Positions 8,725 to 18,603 of a stretch of DNA of 64,000 bases are shown here, piece after piece. Position 1 is the first letter of the stretch; each line of letters begins with the position of its first letter. Source of the stretch: an uncultured Gammaproteobacteria bacterium (GTDB taxonomy: Bacteria > Patescibacteriota > Microgenomatia > Daviesbacterales > UBA10151). The stretch is taken from assembly GCA_964523905.1 (NCBI GenBank), contig CAZFYQ010000002.1, forward strand, positions 2,177 through 66,176, given 5' to 3'. Both the position numbers and the translations under genes were made by a program. The notes under the pieces are model-generated. The model was not told where the DNA came from. It searched no databases and was given only the letters and a program-made list of their open reading frames with translations.

Positions 8725-10872
8725 TTAGACTGTTGCACATTCGTACACTTCTGTTATGGCAGCAGCATATAATCGTTGTAATTCTTCAGGGCTGATAGTT
8801 ATTGCTGGTGGAATTACAGAATAAAGATCAGCGTTATCTTTAAAAGCAATTTTAATTGGATCAGTAATTTCATCTCCTTTTTTGGAAGCTTGAACATAAG
8901 TCCACCATCCTGTTTCTGGTGTTCCACCTCTTCCTTCTTCAGCACGAAGCTGATTAGCTACACGTAGTCCGTATTGTCTTTCAGCATCAGTCATATCTGG
9001 GAATCCTGCTTTTCTAAATAATTGGTCGGCTTTAGTAGAATAACCTTTGAAGATTGGTTTGCCGTCAACCCATTTATAAGGATGCTTAAACCACCGCATA
9101 CCCTCACCTCTATAAAGTGTTTGTTTATGGAGTGTATCAACTTGTTTTTTACCATCTACCAGTTCGTCTTTCAGTTCTCCTTCTTCTGTGCAGAGAACTT
9201 TTTTAAGGTTGGTTAGGATTAATAGTTCTAACCAAATTTGATCCTGTAGACTGGAGAATCTTTTAACATCTCCACCTGGAATAATTTTGTAACCTCGATC
9301 AAGGGTAATATTGTATGTCTGTTTATCAAGAGCTAGGCTAACATGAGTTTCACCTGTTTGTCTGTCAAATTTGAAGGTAGCATTTTGGTAACCCCTCTTC
9401 CTGGTATTAGGATCAAAAGAAATCCGATAACCTCTTTCACCTAAAGATCTTGTATAAATAGTCTGGATTTGTCTCCTTGCTTCCTGGGTTTTTCTAGAAA
9501 TCTCATCAAATTGCTCAGTAGAAATTACTGGCCTATGATACTCAATAATAGATGGTAATCTTCCAAGCTCTTCTTCTGTATGGGTAGGGAATACAGCAAA
9601 TACTATACTTTTACCAGCATCAAAGAAATCAAACAGACCATTTCTTAATACTGCTTCTGATAAAACTCTTTCCATCGGTACATAGAGTTTTCGCATGGGA
9701 TTGCTGGATTGTCCAGTTAATATAGCTTCTTTAACCTCATCAATAATCCAATTTCTTTGTTCTGCTGAATGGACACGTTGTGCCATTACAACCAGAGATA
9801 AATCATCATTAAGCTGAATAGGATGTTGCGTTTGTATTTCATACCCTTCTTCCTGAAGATCAATTATCTTGTTTTCCCATTTAGCCCTAAAAGCGGGATC
9901 CCCAAATTTATCTAAAACTAGTGTTCTGAGTGGTTCATTAGGGTCTCTTATAACATTATGAGGCCAATCATTGACATTGTGGGTAAGTTCATATCTATCT
10001 CTTCTTTCAGCTGTTTCCAAGAAAGTTCCTGCTGAACCAGGTAATTCCTGAACTAAATACCCCTGTTCTGTATAAACCTCAAATAAAGGTTCGGCTCTGG
10101 ATCCTAGTATAGCTCTTTGATTACCCACTAACTCATCTAATAGTCTTGATTGCACAGGAGGTAAATACCCGCCAGCCACAAATAACCGTAACATATTAGA
10201 TTTTGAACGTTCAGTGAGGGTTCCCACATAATCCATGGCAGTTAGTATAGAATGGAATCTTCCTAAATGTTTATCATCTGTAGCAAAAAATCCTGCTGTG
10301 AAATAAATAGCTGTTGGGGATGTTGCTGCAAGCCAGTCTTTTCTAAAACTTAAAATAGAAAAAAGCTCTCTTTGAACAGTTAAGTTTGAGGTATCTACCA
10401 TTGCCCAAGCAGTGTTGTATAAAAGGTCTATCGCATGATTTACTGATCTAGGGCTAGAAAATAAAGCAGCCTCTATTTTTTCAATATCCTGACCTTGTCT
10501 ACTATCCGAACCAGCAATACGAGTCATAGCCAAATTTAATATTTTCCCAGGGCCCCACATATTTAAATCTAAATTTCGGGCTAAAGCATTAGTTGTATTT
10601 CCAATAATAGCCTCTTTTGCCTCATCTGGTCTTAGATCAGTTCTTACAATGCTAACTACTCCTAAATTGTGAAGAAGTGGTCTTAGTGTTAATGGGTTAT
10701 CAAATATTTGCTGCGTAACTGAATCTAAAATTACTTGTTTTTCTGATGGCTGAGCAGTATGAAGCTCTTCCACGACATTAATAGTATCTTCCATTAATAT
10801 TGCTGGTGGTTGCATGGCCTCAAAATCACTAAGTTGGTTTCTGTCAGGTTCTAACATCAGAAAATTATACAC
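8725..10872 (-). CDS. Hypothetical large protein (715 aa), island operon member
   Basis: Long ORF with no recognisable motif, at the distal end of the minus-strand operon with the helicase-methylase fusion. Its composition differs from the flanking core genes. Confidence 0.6.
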   Translation of the reverse strand: MYNFLMLEPDRNQLSDFEAMQPPAILMEDTINVVEELHTAQPSEKQVILDSVTQQIFDNPLTLRPLLHNLGVVSIVRTDLRPDEAKEAIIGNTTNALARNLDLNMWGPGKILNLAMTRIAGSDSRQGQDIEKIEAALFSSPRSVNHAIDLLYNTAWAMVDTSNLTVQRELFSILSFRKDWLAATSPTAIYFTAGFFATDDKHLGRFHSILTAMDYVGTLTERSKSNMLRLFVAGGYLPPVQSRLLDELVGNQRAILGSRAEPLFEVYTEQGYLVQELPGSAGTFLETAERRDRYELTHNVNDWPHNVIRDPNEPLRTLVLDKFGDPAFRAKWENKIIDLQEEGYEIQTQHPIQLNDDLSLVVMAQRVHSAEQRNWIIDEVKEAILTGQSSNPMRKLYVPMERVLSEAVLRNGLFDFFDAGKSIVFAVFPTHTEEELGRLPSIIEYHRPVISTEQFDEISRKTQEARRQIQTIYTRSLGERGYRISFDPNTRKRGYQNATFKFDRQTGETHVSLALDKQTYNITLDRGYKIIPGGDVKRFSSLQDQIWLELLILTNLKKVLCTEEGELKDELVDGKKQVDTLHKQTLYRGEGMRWFKHPYKWVDGKPIFKGYSTKADQLFRKAGFPDMTDAERQYGLRVANQLRAEEGRGGTPETGWWTYVQASKKGDEITDPIKIAFKDNADLYSVIPPAITISPEELQRLYAAAITEVYECATV

Positions 10873-10892
10873 TATGGGACTAGAAGAATCAA

Positions 10893-11489
10893 CTATGAGA
10901 CTTTAGCAGCTGGCGGTTTTAATAATTCTTCGTATAGTCTTTGCAGTTCATTATCGTCATATTTATGTCCAGCAATGGTTAACAAAAATGCTTGTCTTCC
11001 CTGGAATTCAAAAGGAGATAGTTGACCAGTAGCTTTGTGATGTAATTGAGCCAATACTGCAACCTTGCTGGCAGAAACCTCTGCCTCATCTCCGTATAAG
11101 GGATTTCCTTGATGGTCAACACGTCGAAGCGAAGAGATCATAATATTTTCTGGCCCTTGTGTCTTTACAAATGTTAAAATAATTCCCCGGGAGTTATAAC
11201 AAATAATTTCTCCAGCCTCTAACGCGCCAATTTCTCTACCTCTTGACCCTCCAAACCTGCTCATAGTTTCATCAGCAGTAAAAATCACAGCTTCCTGAAT
11301 ATCAAAAGCCTGCATCCCAACGGTAGTTTCTAATCCTAGAATTTTCGCTTGACCATCATGTAGAGTAGGTTTAACTTTTTCTTTAGTTGGAATATGCGTA
11401 TACCAGTGAGCTGCCAAATCAGGGGCTACGAGTTGTCCTGGTCTATCAAAAAACCTTATTCTTTCAGCATTCATTTCTTCAACATTCAT
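10893..11489 (-). CDS. Hypothetical protein (198 aa), translationally coupled to upstream helicase-methylase gene
   Basis: Its start overlaps the stop of the upstream ORF (ATGA, 11486-11489). Confidence 0.55.
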   Translation of the reverse strand: MNVEEMNAERIRFFDRPGQLVAPDLAAHWYTHIPTKEKVKPTLHDGQAKILGLETTVGMQAFDIQEAVIFTADETMSRFGGSRGREIGALEAGEIICYNSRGIILTFVKTQGPENIMISSLRRVDHQGNPLYGDEAEVSASKVAVLAQLHHKATGQLSPFEFQGRQAFLLTIAGHKYDDNELQRLYEELLKPPAAKVS

Positions 11490-14338
11490 ATTTTTCCTTC
11501 CTGTATGTCGATCAGAATACTTCTTAATTCTCCAAACAAATGTGCAGAATTACTCTGTTCGTTTTCATTATTCCAGTACTGTATAGCCTTAAATGATAAC
11601 TCTTCAGCCATTTTCCAATCTAGAGCCCATCTTCGAATAGCCTCCCTAGTTAAACGCCTAAAAGTACCATATTCTTCCACGCCTAGATATTGCAACATTT
11701 TACTAGTTTCAGTAGAAACTTTTTCACCCTTTGCTAAATCTCTTTCTAATTTATCTTCTTTTGGCGTTGAACCAAAATTAACTATTTCCTCATCACCATT
11801 ATCAGGCGATACAATAATAAACTCCCGATGAGGAACAGGTGGGGCAGTAGTTATGATTCCTTCACCAGAACCGTTTTTATTATTGCCTAATATAACATAA
11901 TCTGCATCAGAGTCAAGTGTAAGAGGGATAGAGTCATAACTATTGCCGATTTGTGCGTCTTTAAATTTTTCTAAATTTAAGATCCAACTAATTGGTTCTC
12001 TCTTAAAATCAGTTGCCCAAACTTCTCCTGATGGGATATTTGACGTTGGCCTAAAACCAAAATCTGCTAGGGCTTTAATCCAAGCGTTAAACTGCTCACC
12101 TGTCATATAATTATGAGGAAGAGTAATACTTATTTTTCCACCTAATTTAAGAGTTCGATTTAGTTCTTTAAAAATTCTGGCTCTTTCAGAAAGCAAAACA
12201 CCCGCCTTATCATATCTAGGAGTATTATTGCTCCAGTGAATTACCAGGGAAAGATCCATGATATCAATGCTATTTGCTAAAATAGGCAAGTGAGCGGCTT
12301 CTCCGGTTACATATTGACCTTCTGTACGTTCTCTGGCCTTGGCTACTTGTAAAACTTCCTGCATCATATCTATATTGATGATTTTTTCTCCTAGCATGAT
12401 TTGTAATATACCCGCGCCTGCACCAACACTGGCAATTTTTACATCCCCACCTGTTTCTTCTTTAAATCTGTTAATTACTTGTGAAACCACTCGGGCATTA
12501 TGGCCAGCAAGACTATATTCATCATCTTTGGAATAATAAGTTGCAAAAAAATCTGCATTAGACATACCTTCAAATCCTATTTGTCTTAAAAACTGCCTAT
12601 TTTTTTCATATCCTTGAGCTCTAGTACCAGGAAAGAATTTATTAATCAAATACATTCTAGGGGTCATTGGGTAAAGACTTTGTATAACTACGCCTCGGCT
12701 ATGTGCCTTAACAAAGATTTCTTCCTCTTCTGTCAAGGGAATTCCATCTAAAACCATCTGTGAAATTAATTTCTTATATTCCAAGGCTTGGGCAATACCT
12801 TCATCAATAAAACCATAATGGGTATTGGTTGGTTCATCAGGATGAGTGGCGCGAAGAGTAATGGCTCTTACAGGAATAGTTTGTCCAGTGTTTTCATTAC
12901 GCCCCCAAGTTTGTTTTTTATCGGCATATGTATCTGGCTCATCGATATGAAATTGAATAACTTCCTCAAATTGGGCATTGGCGGCAATTGGAGGAATACT
13001 CAAGTCAATCCCTAACCTACTTGAACGCATTGTTAAAAGACTAATTAAATTTGTTGGATCAAACCTAATAGTACGAATGGCTCTTTCTCTTTCAGAAATC
13101 TCGCCTCTTCTAGGATGAGCGGAAACATTTCCATCAATTCTGGGAATGTTTTCTCCATACCAGGTTCTCAAATAATCATATAGAGAAAAAAAGGCACTAA
13201 GATCGTCTTCAAATACTGTTTCTTCCAAAGGTGAAGTGACTGAACTGGCATAAAAAGCTGAGAAAATTTCAACTTTACTTTTTCCAGCAGTTACTAGCTT
13301 ATCGAGTCTTTTCTTGAGATGAATATACTTACTGGAGTAAAGGCCTTCTTTACCTGTCCAATGCTCCTGTAAGGATCTATCAGGGGATGATTTGACTAAA
13401 GAGTCCATGCCATTGGGAAAGTTGAAAAAAGCCCAAATAGCTAAATTATCGAAACCGATTCTTACTAGGAAATCTTCATCAAAAATTTCAGCAGGGTTTT
13501 GATTTAATTTCCATTGTATAAATTGTTTTGTTGCTTCTGATAAATCTTTTTGAGCATCATCAATAGTATATAAGCCACTAATATTGGTAGATCTTGCTTC
13601 AAGTCCTTTAATTTGATTTTCAATTTTTGCTCTGGTTTTATCATCCATGCTATCTGTTTCTAGTCTACCTTTAAGTTTTGACATCATTTGGGCAACACCA
13701 TCAGGGGAATAGAATTTTCTAATTAACATCGGATCTAATGAAAGTTGCCTTAATATTTGTCTTTTAGTGATACCTTCAGGTAAGTTATCGTGATATACAA
13801 AATCATATAATGCCTTATGAAATAATGTTAACGGAACAGGTTCTACTCTTATGTCAAGTTCTGGCAATTTATCTCTAAGAATTGAATACTTATTCCATCT
13901 AGTTAGAATTCCTCTGCCATGAAGTAAACCGGAAACTAAATATGGATCATTTCTGGCAGCTCTAGTGAAATCACCCTCTTTGGGATAATCATAAGGCAAT
14001 ATAATTCTAACCGGTGAATCTAAGTCTTCTACACCATTTACTACTGCTGTGGCAGTCATAGCAATTCTAGGAGCTTCTTTTGGTAGCATTCGAGAGATAA
14101 AATGCATTAATTTAGTACAAGTAGCATCGTAATTATTTGCTAGATGAGACTCGTCATCTACTAACGAATCTACATCGGCTTTTTTAACTAGTTCACTGAG
14201 TAGTTTAAAAGAACTGTCCTTGATTCCTAAAGTACTTAATAATGAATATCCTATGATTACATACCTGGGTTTATTATCCTTGGGGGTATTTACAAATTTT
14301 TTTAAATCAGCAGTACCGACAATGGTTATAACCTCCAC
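11486..14338 (-). CDS. SNF2-family helicase (motifs Ia-VI) fused to class I SAM-dependent methyltransferase; C-terminal 950-aa portion of a frameshifted gene
   Basis: DESH (motif II) and TATAV (motif III), a helicase-C region (SSRLGIDL, QTWGR..GQ), then a SAM-binding motif VGAGAG. The reading frame continues upstream of the GTG start as ..KKHTLVVCPPGKT.. (SNF2 motif Ia) until it meets the upstream ORF. Confidence 0.75.
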   Translation of the reverse strand: MEVITIVGTADLKKFVNTPKDNKPRYVIIGYSLLSTLGIKDSSFKLLSELVKKADVDSLVDDESHLANNYDATCTKLMHFISRMLPKEAPRIAMTATAVVNGVEDLDSPVRIILPYDYPKEGDFTRAARNDPYLVSGLLHGRGILTRWNKYSILRDKLPELDIRVEPVPLTLFHKALYDFVYHDNLPEGITKRQILRQLSLDPMLIRKFYSPDGVAQMMSKLKGRLETDSMDDKTRAKIENQIKGLEARSTNISGLYTIDDAQKDLSEATKQFIQWKLNQNPAEIFDEDFLVRIGFDNLAIWAFFNFPNGMDSLVKSSPDRSLQEHWTGKEGLYSSKYIHLKKRLDKLVTAGKSKVEIFSAFYASSVTSPLEETVFEDDLSAFFSLYDYLRTWYGENIPRIDGNVSAHPRRGEISERERAIRTIRFDPTNLISLLTMRSSRLGIDLSIPPIAANAQFEEVIQFHIDEPDTYADKKQTWGRNENTGQTIPVRAITLRATHPDEPTNTHYGFIDEGIAQALEYKKLISQMVLDGIPLTEEEEIFVKAHSRGVVIQSLYPMTPRMYLINKFFPGTRAQGYEKNRQFLRQIGFEGMSNADFFATYYSKDDEYSLAGHNARVVSQVINRFKEETGGDVKIASVGAGAGILQIMLGEKIINIDMMQEVLQVAKARERTEGQYVTGEAAHLPILANSIDIMDLSLVIHWSNNTPRYDKAGVLLSERARIFKELNRTLKLGGKISITLPHNYMTGEQFNAWIKALADFGFRPTSNIPSGEVWATDFKREPISWILNLEKFKDAQIGNSYDSIPLTLDSDADYVILGNNKNGSGEGIITTAPPVPHREFIIVSPDNGDEEIVNFGSTPKEDKLERDLAKGEKVSTETSKMLQYLGVEEYGTFRRLTREAIRRWALDWKMAEELSFKAIQYWNNENEQSNSAHLFGELRSILIDIQEGKI

Positions 14339-14406
14339 TGATTCTTCATATGCTTCACGAACCTCGGCTGCCCAGTCGTAGACTGTTTTTCCTGGAGGGC
14401 AAACTA

Positions 14407-15378
14407 CTAGAGTATGTTTTTTGCCCCGGCTTTTTCCATTGCATATATAGCACCTTTTGTTTTCTGGGTTTTTGTATCTCCAATTAACAAATCCGTCATG
14501 CCGATCCCACTAGTTTTATGGGTAAATCTGTAGGCATATTCTTTTTGATGCCTGGAAGGGAAAGGAAAAGAAGCTGTTCTCTCGTCTTCGGGAATATCTT
14601 TTTGAGCTCCGGCAATAATTCTTCTAAAAACTACAGGCACTTCATCTTCTTCAATATTTCTAAAATGCCTTTCCAAATTTTCCACAAATTGCAGCTGAAC
14701 TGGATTTTGAACTTCGGTTTTTAGATGATTAAGATAAGCAAAACATTTATCAACATCTTGATTATAAATTTCCAAAACTGCATCTCTTTCAGCTTGAGTT
14801 AAAATATCTAGTACTAAACCATCTTCAAAAAGTTCTTCTGGTAACTCTGGTAGAGGAAGAAGTTTTGGTCCTTCCGCCTCTCTTTTATAGAATCTTCTGG
14901 GTCCTAAATATTCACCAACTAATCTATATGTTCCGCTGATTAGAGTTTGTTTTGTTTGTTCATCAGCATCTCTGTAACGTCTGATACCGACTATTCTTGC
15001 CATTTGCAATTGAGTTACATACGGGCTTAGCTTTTCTATTAGGTCATCCTCTTGAGTTAGTAGATCTTTGGCCCGCTCATACCTTTGGAACTCGTCCATT
15101 TCCTGCTCTTCTCTTAGCTTATAACCTTTTCCAGTACACCAAATCCTGAATTGATTTAAAGCGTCAGGATTCCCTATAAAGTTGATAATATTAAATACTT
15201 CCTGTGGCCTAACTTCAAAATTTGCGACACTACGACAGGCAGTGAATCCTACTTGTTCTTCAGGTATAAATTCAAACAACTGAGTCATTTTTGCCCTGGT
15301 AATTTCCTGACCATTAGACTCTCGACCAATTGGGGTAGGGTCCTCCCTATAAGATATAATTCTTGGCTGTCTTTCCAT
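14407..15378 (-). CDS. N-terminal 323-aa portion of the SNF2 helicase-methyltransferase gene (ends 3 codons after an A AAA AAC tract)
   Basis: Ends with a degenerate SNF2 motif-I-like segment GIGMTDLLIGDTKTQKT. The downstream ORF continues the helicase in the -1 frame. Confidence 0.65.
   Translation of the reverse strand: MERQPRIISYREDPTPIGRESNGQEITRAKMTQLFEFIPEEQVGFTACRSVANFEVRPQEVFNIINFIGNPDALNQFRIWCTGKGYKLREEQEMDEFQRYERAKDLLTQEDDLIEKLSPYVTQLQMARIVGIRRYRDADEQTKQTLISGTYRLVGEYLGPRRFYKREAEGPKLLPLPELPEELFEDGLVLDILTQAERDAVLEIYNQDVDKCFAYLNHLKTEVQNPVQLQFVENLERHFRNIEEDEVPVVFRRIIAGAQKDIPEDERTASFPFPSRHQKEYAYRFTHKTSGIGMTDLLIGDTKTQKTKGAIYAMEKAGAKNIL
14416..14423 (-). other. A6 homopolymer / A_AAA_AAC heptamer at the junction of the two helicase ORFs (candidate -1 frameshift site or indel)
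   Basis: The minus strand reads gca aaa aac ata ctc tag. Shifting -1 at AAAAAAC joins ..EKAGAK to KHTLVVCPPGKT.. with no intervening stop. Confidence 0.5.
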
Positions 15379-15444
15379 TTTGCAGATTTTACCATAAATA
15401 AGCTTATAGTTTCAATACCTAATGCTATTTTCATAAAATCATAT

Positions 15445-15473
15445 TTGACAGAAATGATAAGCATATGTTACAC
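15445..15473 (+). promoter_or_regulatory. Sigma70-like promoter (TTGACA-17-TTACAC) for divergent island gene
   Basis: A perfect -35 and a plausible -10 lie just upstream of the ATG at 15475/15487. Confidence 0.4.
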
Positions 15474-15474
15474 T

Positions 15475-17529
15475 ATGGGACCGAATATGAGTATTGATAG
15501 ACTTAATGAAGATTTGGCCAGATGGAATCAAAGTATTGATGTTGTTAGTAACAGATCAAAACTTTTTGGTACCGTAGAAGGCCCTGAACAATATAGATAT
15601 GATTTAGCCACATCCCCTGTGGAAAAATTAGGACGCGTTAAAGAGGTTATGCGGGTGAGGACAATAATTTCAGAGGTTAGTCTTCCTAGACTCAGAGAAA
15701 AGGTTGAGGATATTCAAGTTAAAATTGAACATGAAGAGTTTAAAATAAATGTAAGAAATGGGATTATGGCAGAATTTGGCATTGAGGAATTAGAAAGAGC
15801 GCATCAAGCTGGAACATTGACTGATTTTGATTTACAAGTAGTTTCAGATGCAATGGAACAGGAAATAAGAATTCGATCAGGAGAAGCTCCCCCAATAGTG
15901 AATCCCATTTTAGAAAAACCAAAGACAGAACAAGCTCCTAACCCAGCTAGAGTAGATAATGAGAAAATATTTAGCGTCACATTTCCTAATGGAAATACTG
16001 CTGAGGTTACAGATGAAAGAGATTCAAAAATACTAGGAATCCTTTCCCAAGCAATGGATGGTATGCAAAACGGCGCTATAGATATTCCACAGGATGTAAT
16101 TGTCCGGGGAGTTTTTAATAGATTTGAAGTAGGTTTAGCAGAAGACATCAGAGATAGACTCGCAGTACATGCGCAAACAGTCGATTCAGTAGGATATCAA
16201 ATTGACAGAATTGACCGAATGCCTTCAGAGCAGCATGATCGAAGATTAAGACATATCTATAGAGTTCAAGAGAAGAAACCACAATCTCCTACTGAGCGGC
16301 ATCCTTCCCCTGGAGCTAATCCAGCAGAACCAGATAAAGCTGCAAGAAGAAGTGAAGAGGAAACTCTTTCTGAATCGGAGAAAGTATTAAAGGCATTAGA
16401 TCTTTTATTAGCTGATGAAAATATAGAAGCAGCTAGAGTTGTAGATCTAATGACAGAAAGATTAGAGAAAAATTTAGGAGTTGAAGGGGTAAATCTCCTA
16501 AATACAGTAAGTTATTTAATAAAAGAATTAAATGATATTTTTGATTGCTTAAATACAGATAGAATATATCAGCCTCAGCTGGCTCTATGGGAAAGAATTC
16601 GTATTTCGTCTGGACAAAGTGAAGATTTTCTGGCTAAAAAATTCTTTGAGACAAGAGTTAAAAACTGGTATAACAGAATGGTCAATGAAGATGGTAAATC
16701 CGCTTCAGTTACTGCAACAAAAGAAGGGGAGTTATTGATAAAAAGAGCAAGGGTATATGGTGCATTTCCATTTGTTTTAAGTAATGGTGGAACATACATT
16801 GCCAAAGGTGGTGTTGCGAAAAACTTAATGGAAGTATTAATCATGAATGAAGGGCAAGGACTTACTGCAGAAATATTAGGAATGTTAGCGTACGGTGTCG
16901 GTAAAAATGAGGCTGAGAAAAGATATAATACTAAATCTGCACGGTCAGCTGCGAATAATCTTAGACTTGATCCAGAATTAGCAGAAGTTGGCTATGAGGT
17001 TGTATCCATATTGCCCGAGGGTAGACAAAGGAGTCCGGATACTAAATTCATGCTCAGGCCGATTCCAGGTGTAGCACCAGAGGCTCATAAATCAACAAAA
17101 ACTGTTATTCTAGCTGGAGCTCCAGCATTAACAAGTCCTGAGCCTGAAGGTGCAGATGTAGATGTGCCACAACGAAAAGAATCCGCTAATAAAAATCAAT
17201 TAGAGGCGGAGCTAATTCAAGTAATCGCAGAGTTTGATCTTGTAAATCAGCCTGAATTTTTGAATGGTGCGCAAGTTACTAGGGTGGTGCATAATCTAAC
17301 CGCTCAAATGCAACGTAAATTAGTTGATGAAGGTAAATATCTTCAGCCTCACCATACTGAGGGTAAACTTTGGTTTTTTACATCCAAGCAGATAGCTCAG
17401 ATGGTTTTAATCATAGATCGTATGCGAAGTGGAGGAGTTAGAAAAGATTTCCTGAAGGATTTATTTGAAGTTACTGACCGTGCATATAGTAAAGCAGAAA
17501 TAGCCGCCATTATTATGGCAAAATCCTAA
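15475..17529 (+). CDS. Hypothetical acidic protein (~685 aa), divergent from helicase-methylase operon
   Basis: The ORF-track start at 15253 overlaps the opposite-strand gene. The internal ATG at 15475 or 15487 follows the promoter. No motif recognised. Confidence 0.55.
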   Translation: MGPNMSIDRLNEDLARWNQSIDVVSNRSKLFGTVEGPEQYRYDLATSPVEKLGRVKEVMRVRTIISEVSLPRLREKVEDIQVKIEHEEFKINVRNGIMAEFGIEELERAHQAGTLTDFDLQVVSDAMEQEIRIRSGEAPPIVNPILEKPKTEQAPNPARVDNEKIFSVTFPNGNTAEVTDERDSKILGILSQAMDGMQNGAIDIPQDVIVRGVFNRFEVGLAEDIRDRLAVHAQTVDSVGYQIDRIDRMPSEQHDRRLRHIYRVQEKKPQSPTERHPSPGANPAEPDKAARRSEEETLSESEKVLKALDLLLADENIEAARVVDLMTERLEKNLGVEGVNLLNTVSYLIKELNDIFDCLNTDRIYQPQLALWERIRISSGQSEDFLAKKFFETRVKNWYNRMVNEDGKSASVTATKEGELLIKRARVYGAFPFVLSNGGTYIAKGGVAKNLMEVLIMNEGQGLTAEILGMLAYGVGKNEAEKRYNTKSARSAANNLRLDPELAEVGYEVVSILPEGRQRSPDTKFMLRPIPGVAPEAHKSTKTVILAGAPALTSPEPEGADVDVPQRKESANKNQLEAELIQVIAEFDLVNQPEFLNGAQVTRVVHNLTAQMQRKLVDEGKYLQPHHTEGKLWFFTSKQIAQMVLIIDRMRSGGVRKDFLKDLFEVTDRAYSKAEIAAIIMAKS

Positions 17530-17891
17530 AAATATCTTTCCCCGGTTTTGTTGGTAAGTTGGGAAACGACATCAATGCCTTTGGCGAAATCGGATAGCAG
17601 TTTTTTCTTGGCAGCGGTTAAGGAAACTGCCATTCTATTTAATTTTACCCCTTCCGGGTGAGTGGAGGAGACTTTCATTAAGGTAGCTGCCATTTGGTCT
17701 AACTGGTGGACTAAATGATCCAAGGCATTGGAGATGGCCGAAATTTGTCCGGCTTTGTCCAGACTTTGGAAAAAGGAATTTTTAAACAGTCTGCCAACCT
17801 GGCCATATTGAACCAGCTTTTCAAAGCGCTGAGTAGGATTTAACCCTTTTTCCCATTCTTCTAATTTTTCCTCTATTGGATCTAAGTTCAT
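17526..17891 (-). CDS. Hypothetical protein (121 aa)
   Basis: An ORF convergent with the 15475 gene, overlapping it by 4 nt. Confidence 0.45.
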   Translation of the reverse strand: MNLDPIEEKLEEWEKGLNPTQRFEKLVQYGQVGRLFKNSFFQSLDKAGQISAISNALDHLVHQLDQMAATLMKVSSTHPEGVKLNRMAVSLTAAKKKLLSDFAKGIDVVSQLTNKTGERYF

Positions 17892-17982
17892 AAGGGAATT
17901 ATAGCAAAAAAGTGAGGGGGTAATGGGTAAGGAAGCCAGGGTGGTTAGGAGGTAAGGAAGTTAGTATAGTATAGTAGGGAGG

Positions 17983-18378
17983 TTAGGGAGTAGGTCTTTT
18001 GAAAGTAGTCCAGGCCATTGATAGTTTATATAATTGCCTGCCTGTCTGGTCATACATTTTAATTAACTCATTTATTAATTCGACTTCTATCTCATAAATA
18101 TCTTTAATTTGTTCAAGGCTAACAATAGTTTCATTACATTCTCCCATGGCATCATCAATATATTTTTGAAACCCCATTTTTTGATGTCTCTTAGCATAAC
18201 CTTCTGCAATTAGTCTGGGAATAGCTTTACATGATCTACTGGTCTGATCTTTTAAGTCGTATTTTTCAGAATCCGGAAGTTTAGGAATGATTCTTTTCAT
18301 CACCTGGAGCATGCATTGGTATGAATTTTGGTAAACTTGTAAATCTCTAAAGCTGGTAATTGGTTTTTTGTTTTCCAC
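17983..18378 (-). CDS. Four-helix-bundle protein (TIGR02436 family; Avd-like / 23S rRNA IVS protein family)
   Basis: N-terminal ITSFRDLQVYQ...EKYDL.DQ..RS..AIP..IAEGY matches the four-helix-bundle family signature. Confidence 0.7.
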   Translation of the reverse strand: MENKKPITSFRDLQVYQNSYQCMLQVMKRIIPKLPDSEKYDLKDQTSRSCKAIPRLIAEGYAKRHQKMGFQKYIDDAMGECNETIVSLEQIKDIYEIEVELINELIKMYDQTGRQLYKLSMAWTTFKRPTP

Positions 18379-18433
18379 ACCTTACCCCTTTACTCTAAAC
18401 TATACTGGTTTCTTAACCCAATAACCACTAACT

Positions 18434-18462
18434 TTACCATCAGAAAGCTGCAGTAGTATAAT
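18434..18462 (+). promoter_or_regulatory. Sigma70-like promoter (TTACCA-17-TATAAT)
   Basis: Consensus -10 with a 17-nt spacer, upstream of a small ORF that has a strong SD. Confidence 0.5.
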
Positions 18463-18498
18463 AATTTCATGATTCGGAAAGTTAAGGAAGGTTACAGA

Positions 18499-18603
18499 GT
18501 GGTGGCGGAATCCGGGCGGAATATGGGGACTTATCCTACTAAAGAGCAAGCTGAAAAAAGATTAAAACAAATCCAAATGTTTAAGCACATGCGTAAGGGT
18601 TAA
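18499..18603 (+). CDS. Candidate small ORF (34 codons, GTG start) MVAESGRNMGTYPTKEQAEKRLKQIQMFKHMRKG
   Basis: SD AAGGAAGG lies 7 nt upstream of a GTG, with the promoter above it. It falls below the ORF-track size cutoff. Confidence 0.35.
   Translation: MVAESGRNMGTYPTKEQAEKRLKQIQMFKHMRKG

Noticed and set aside
11394-11831. 145-aa plus-strand ORF across the helicase/198-aa gene junction
   Set aside because: Antisense to two translationally coupled genes, with no motif.
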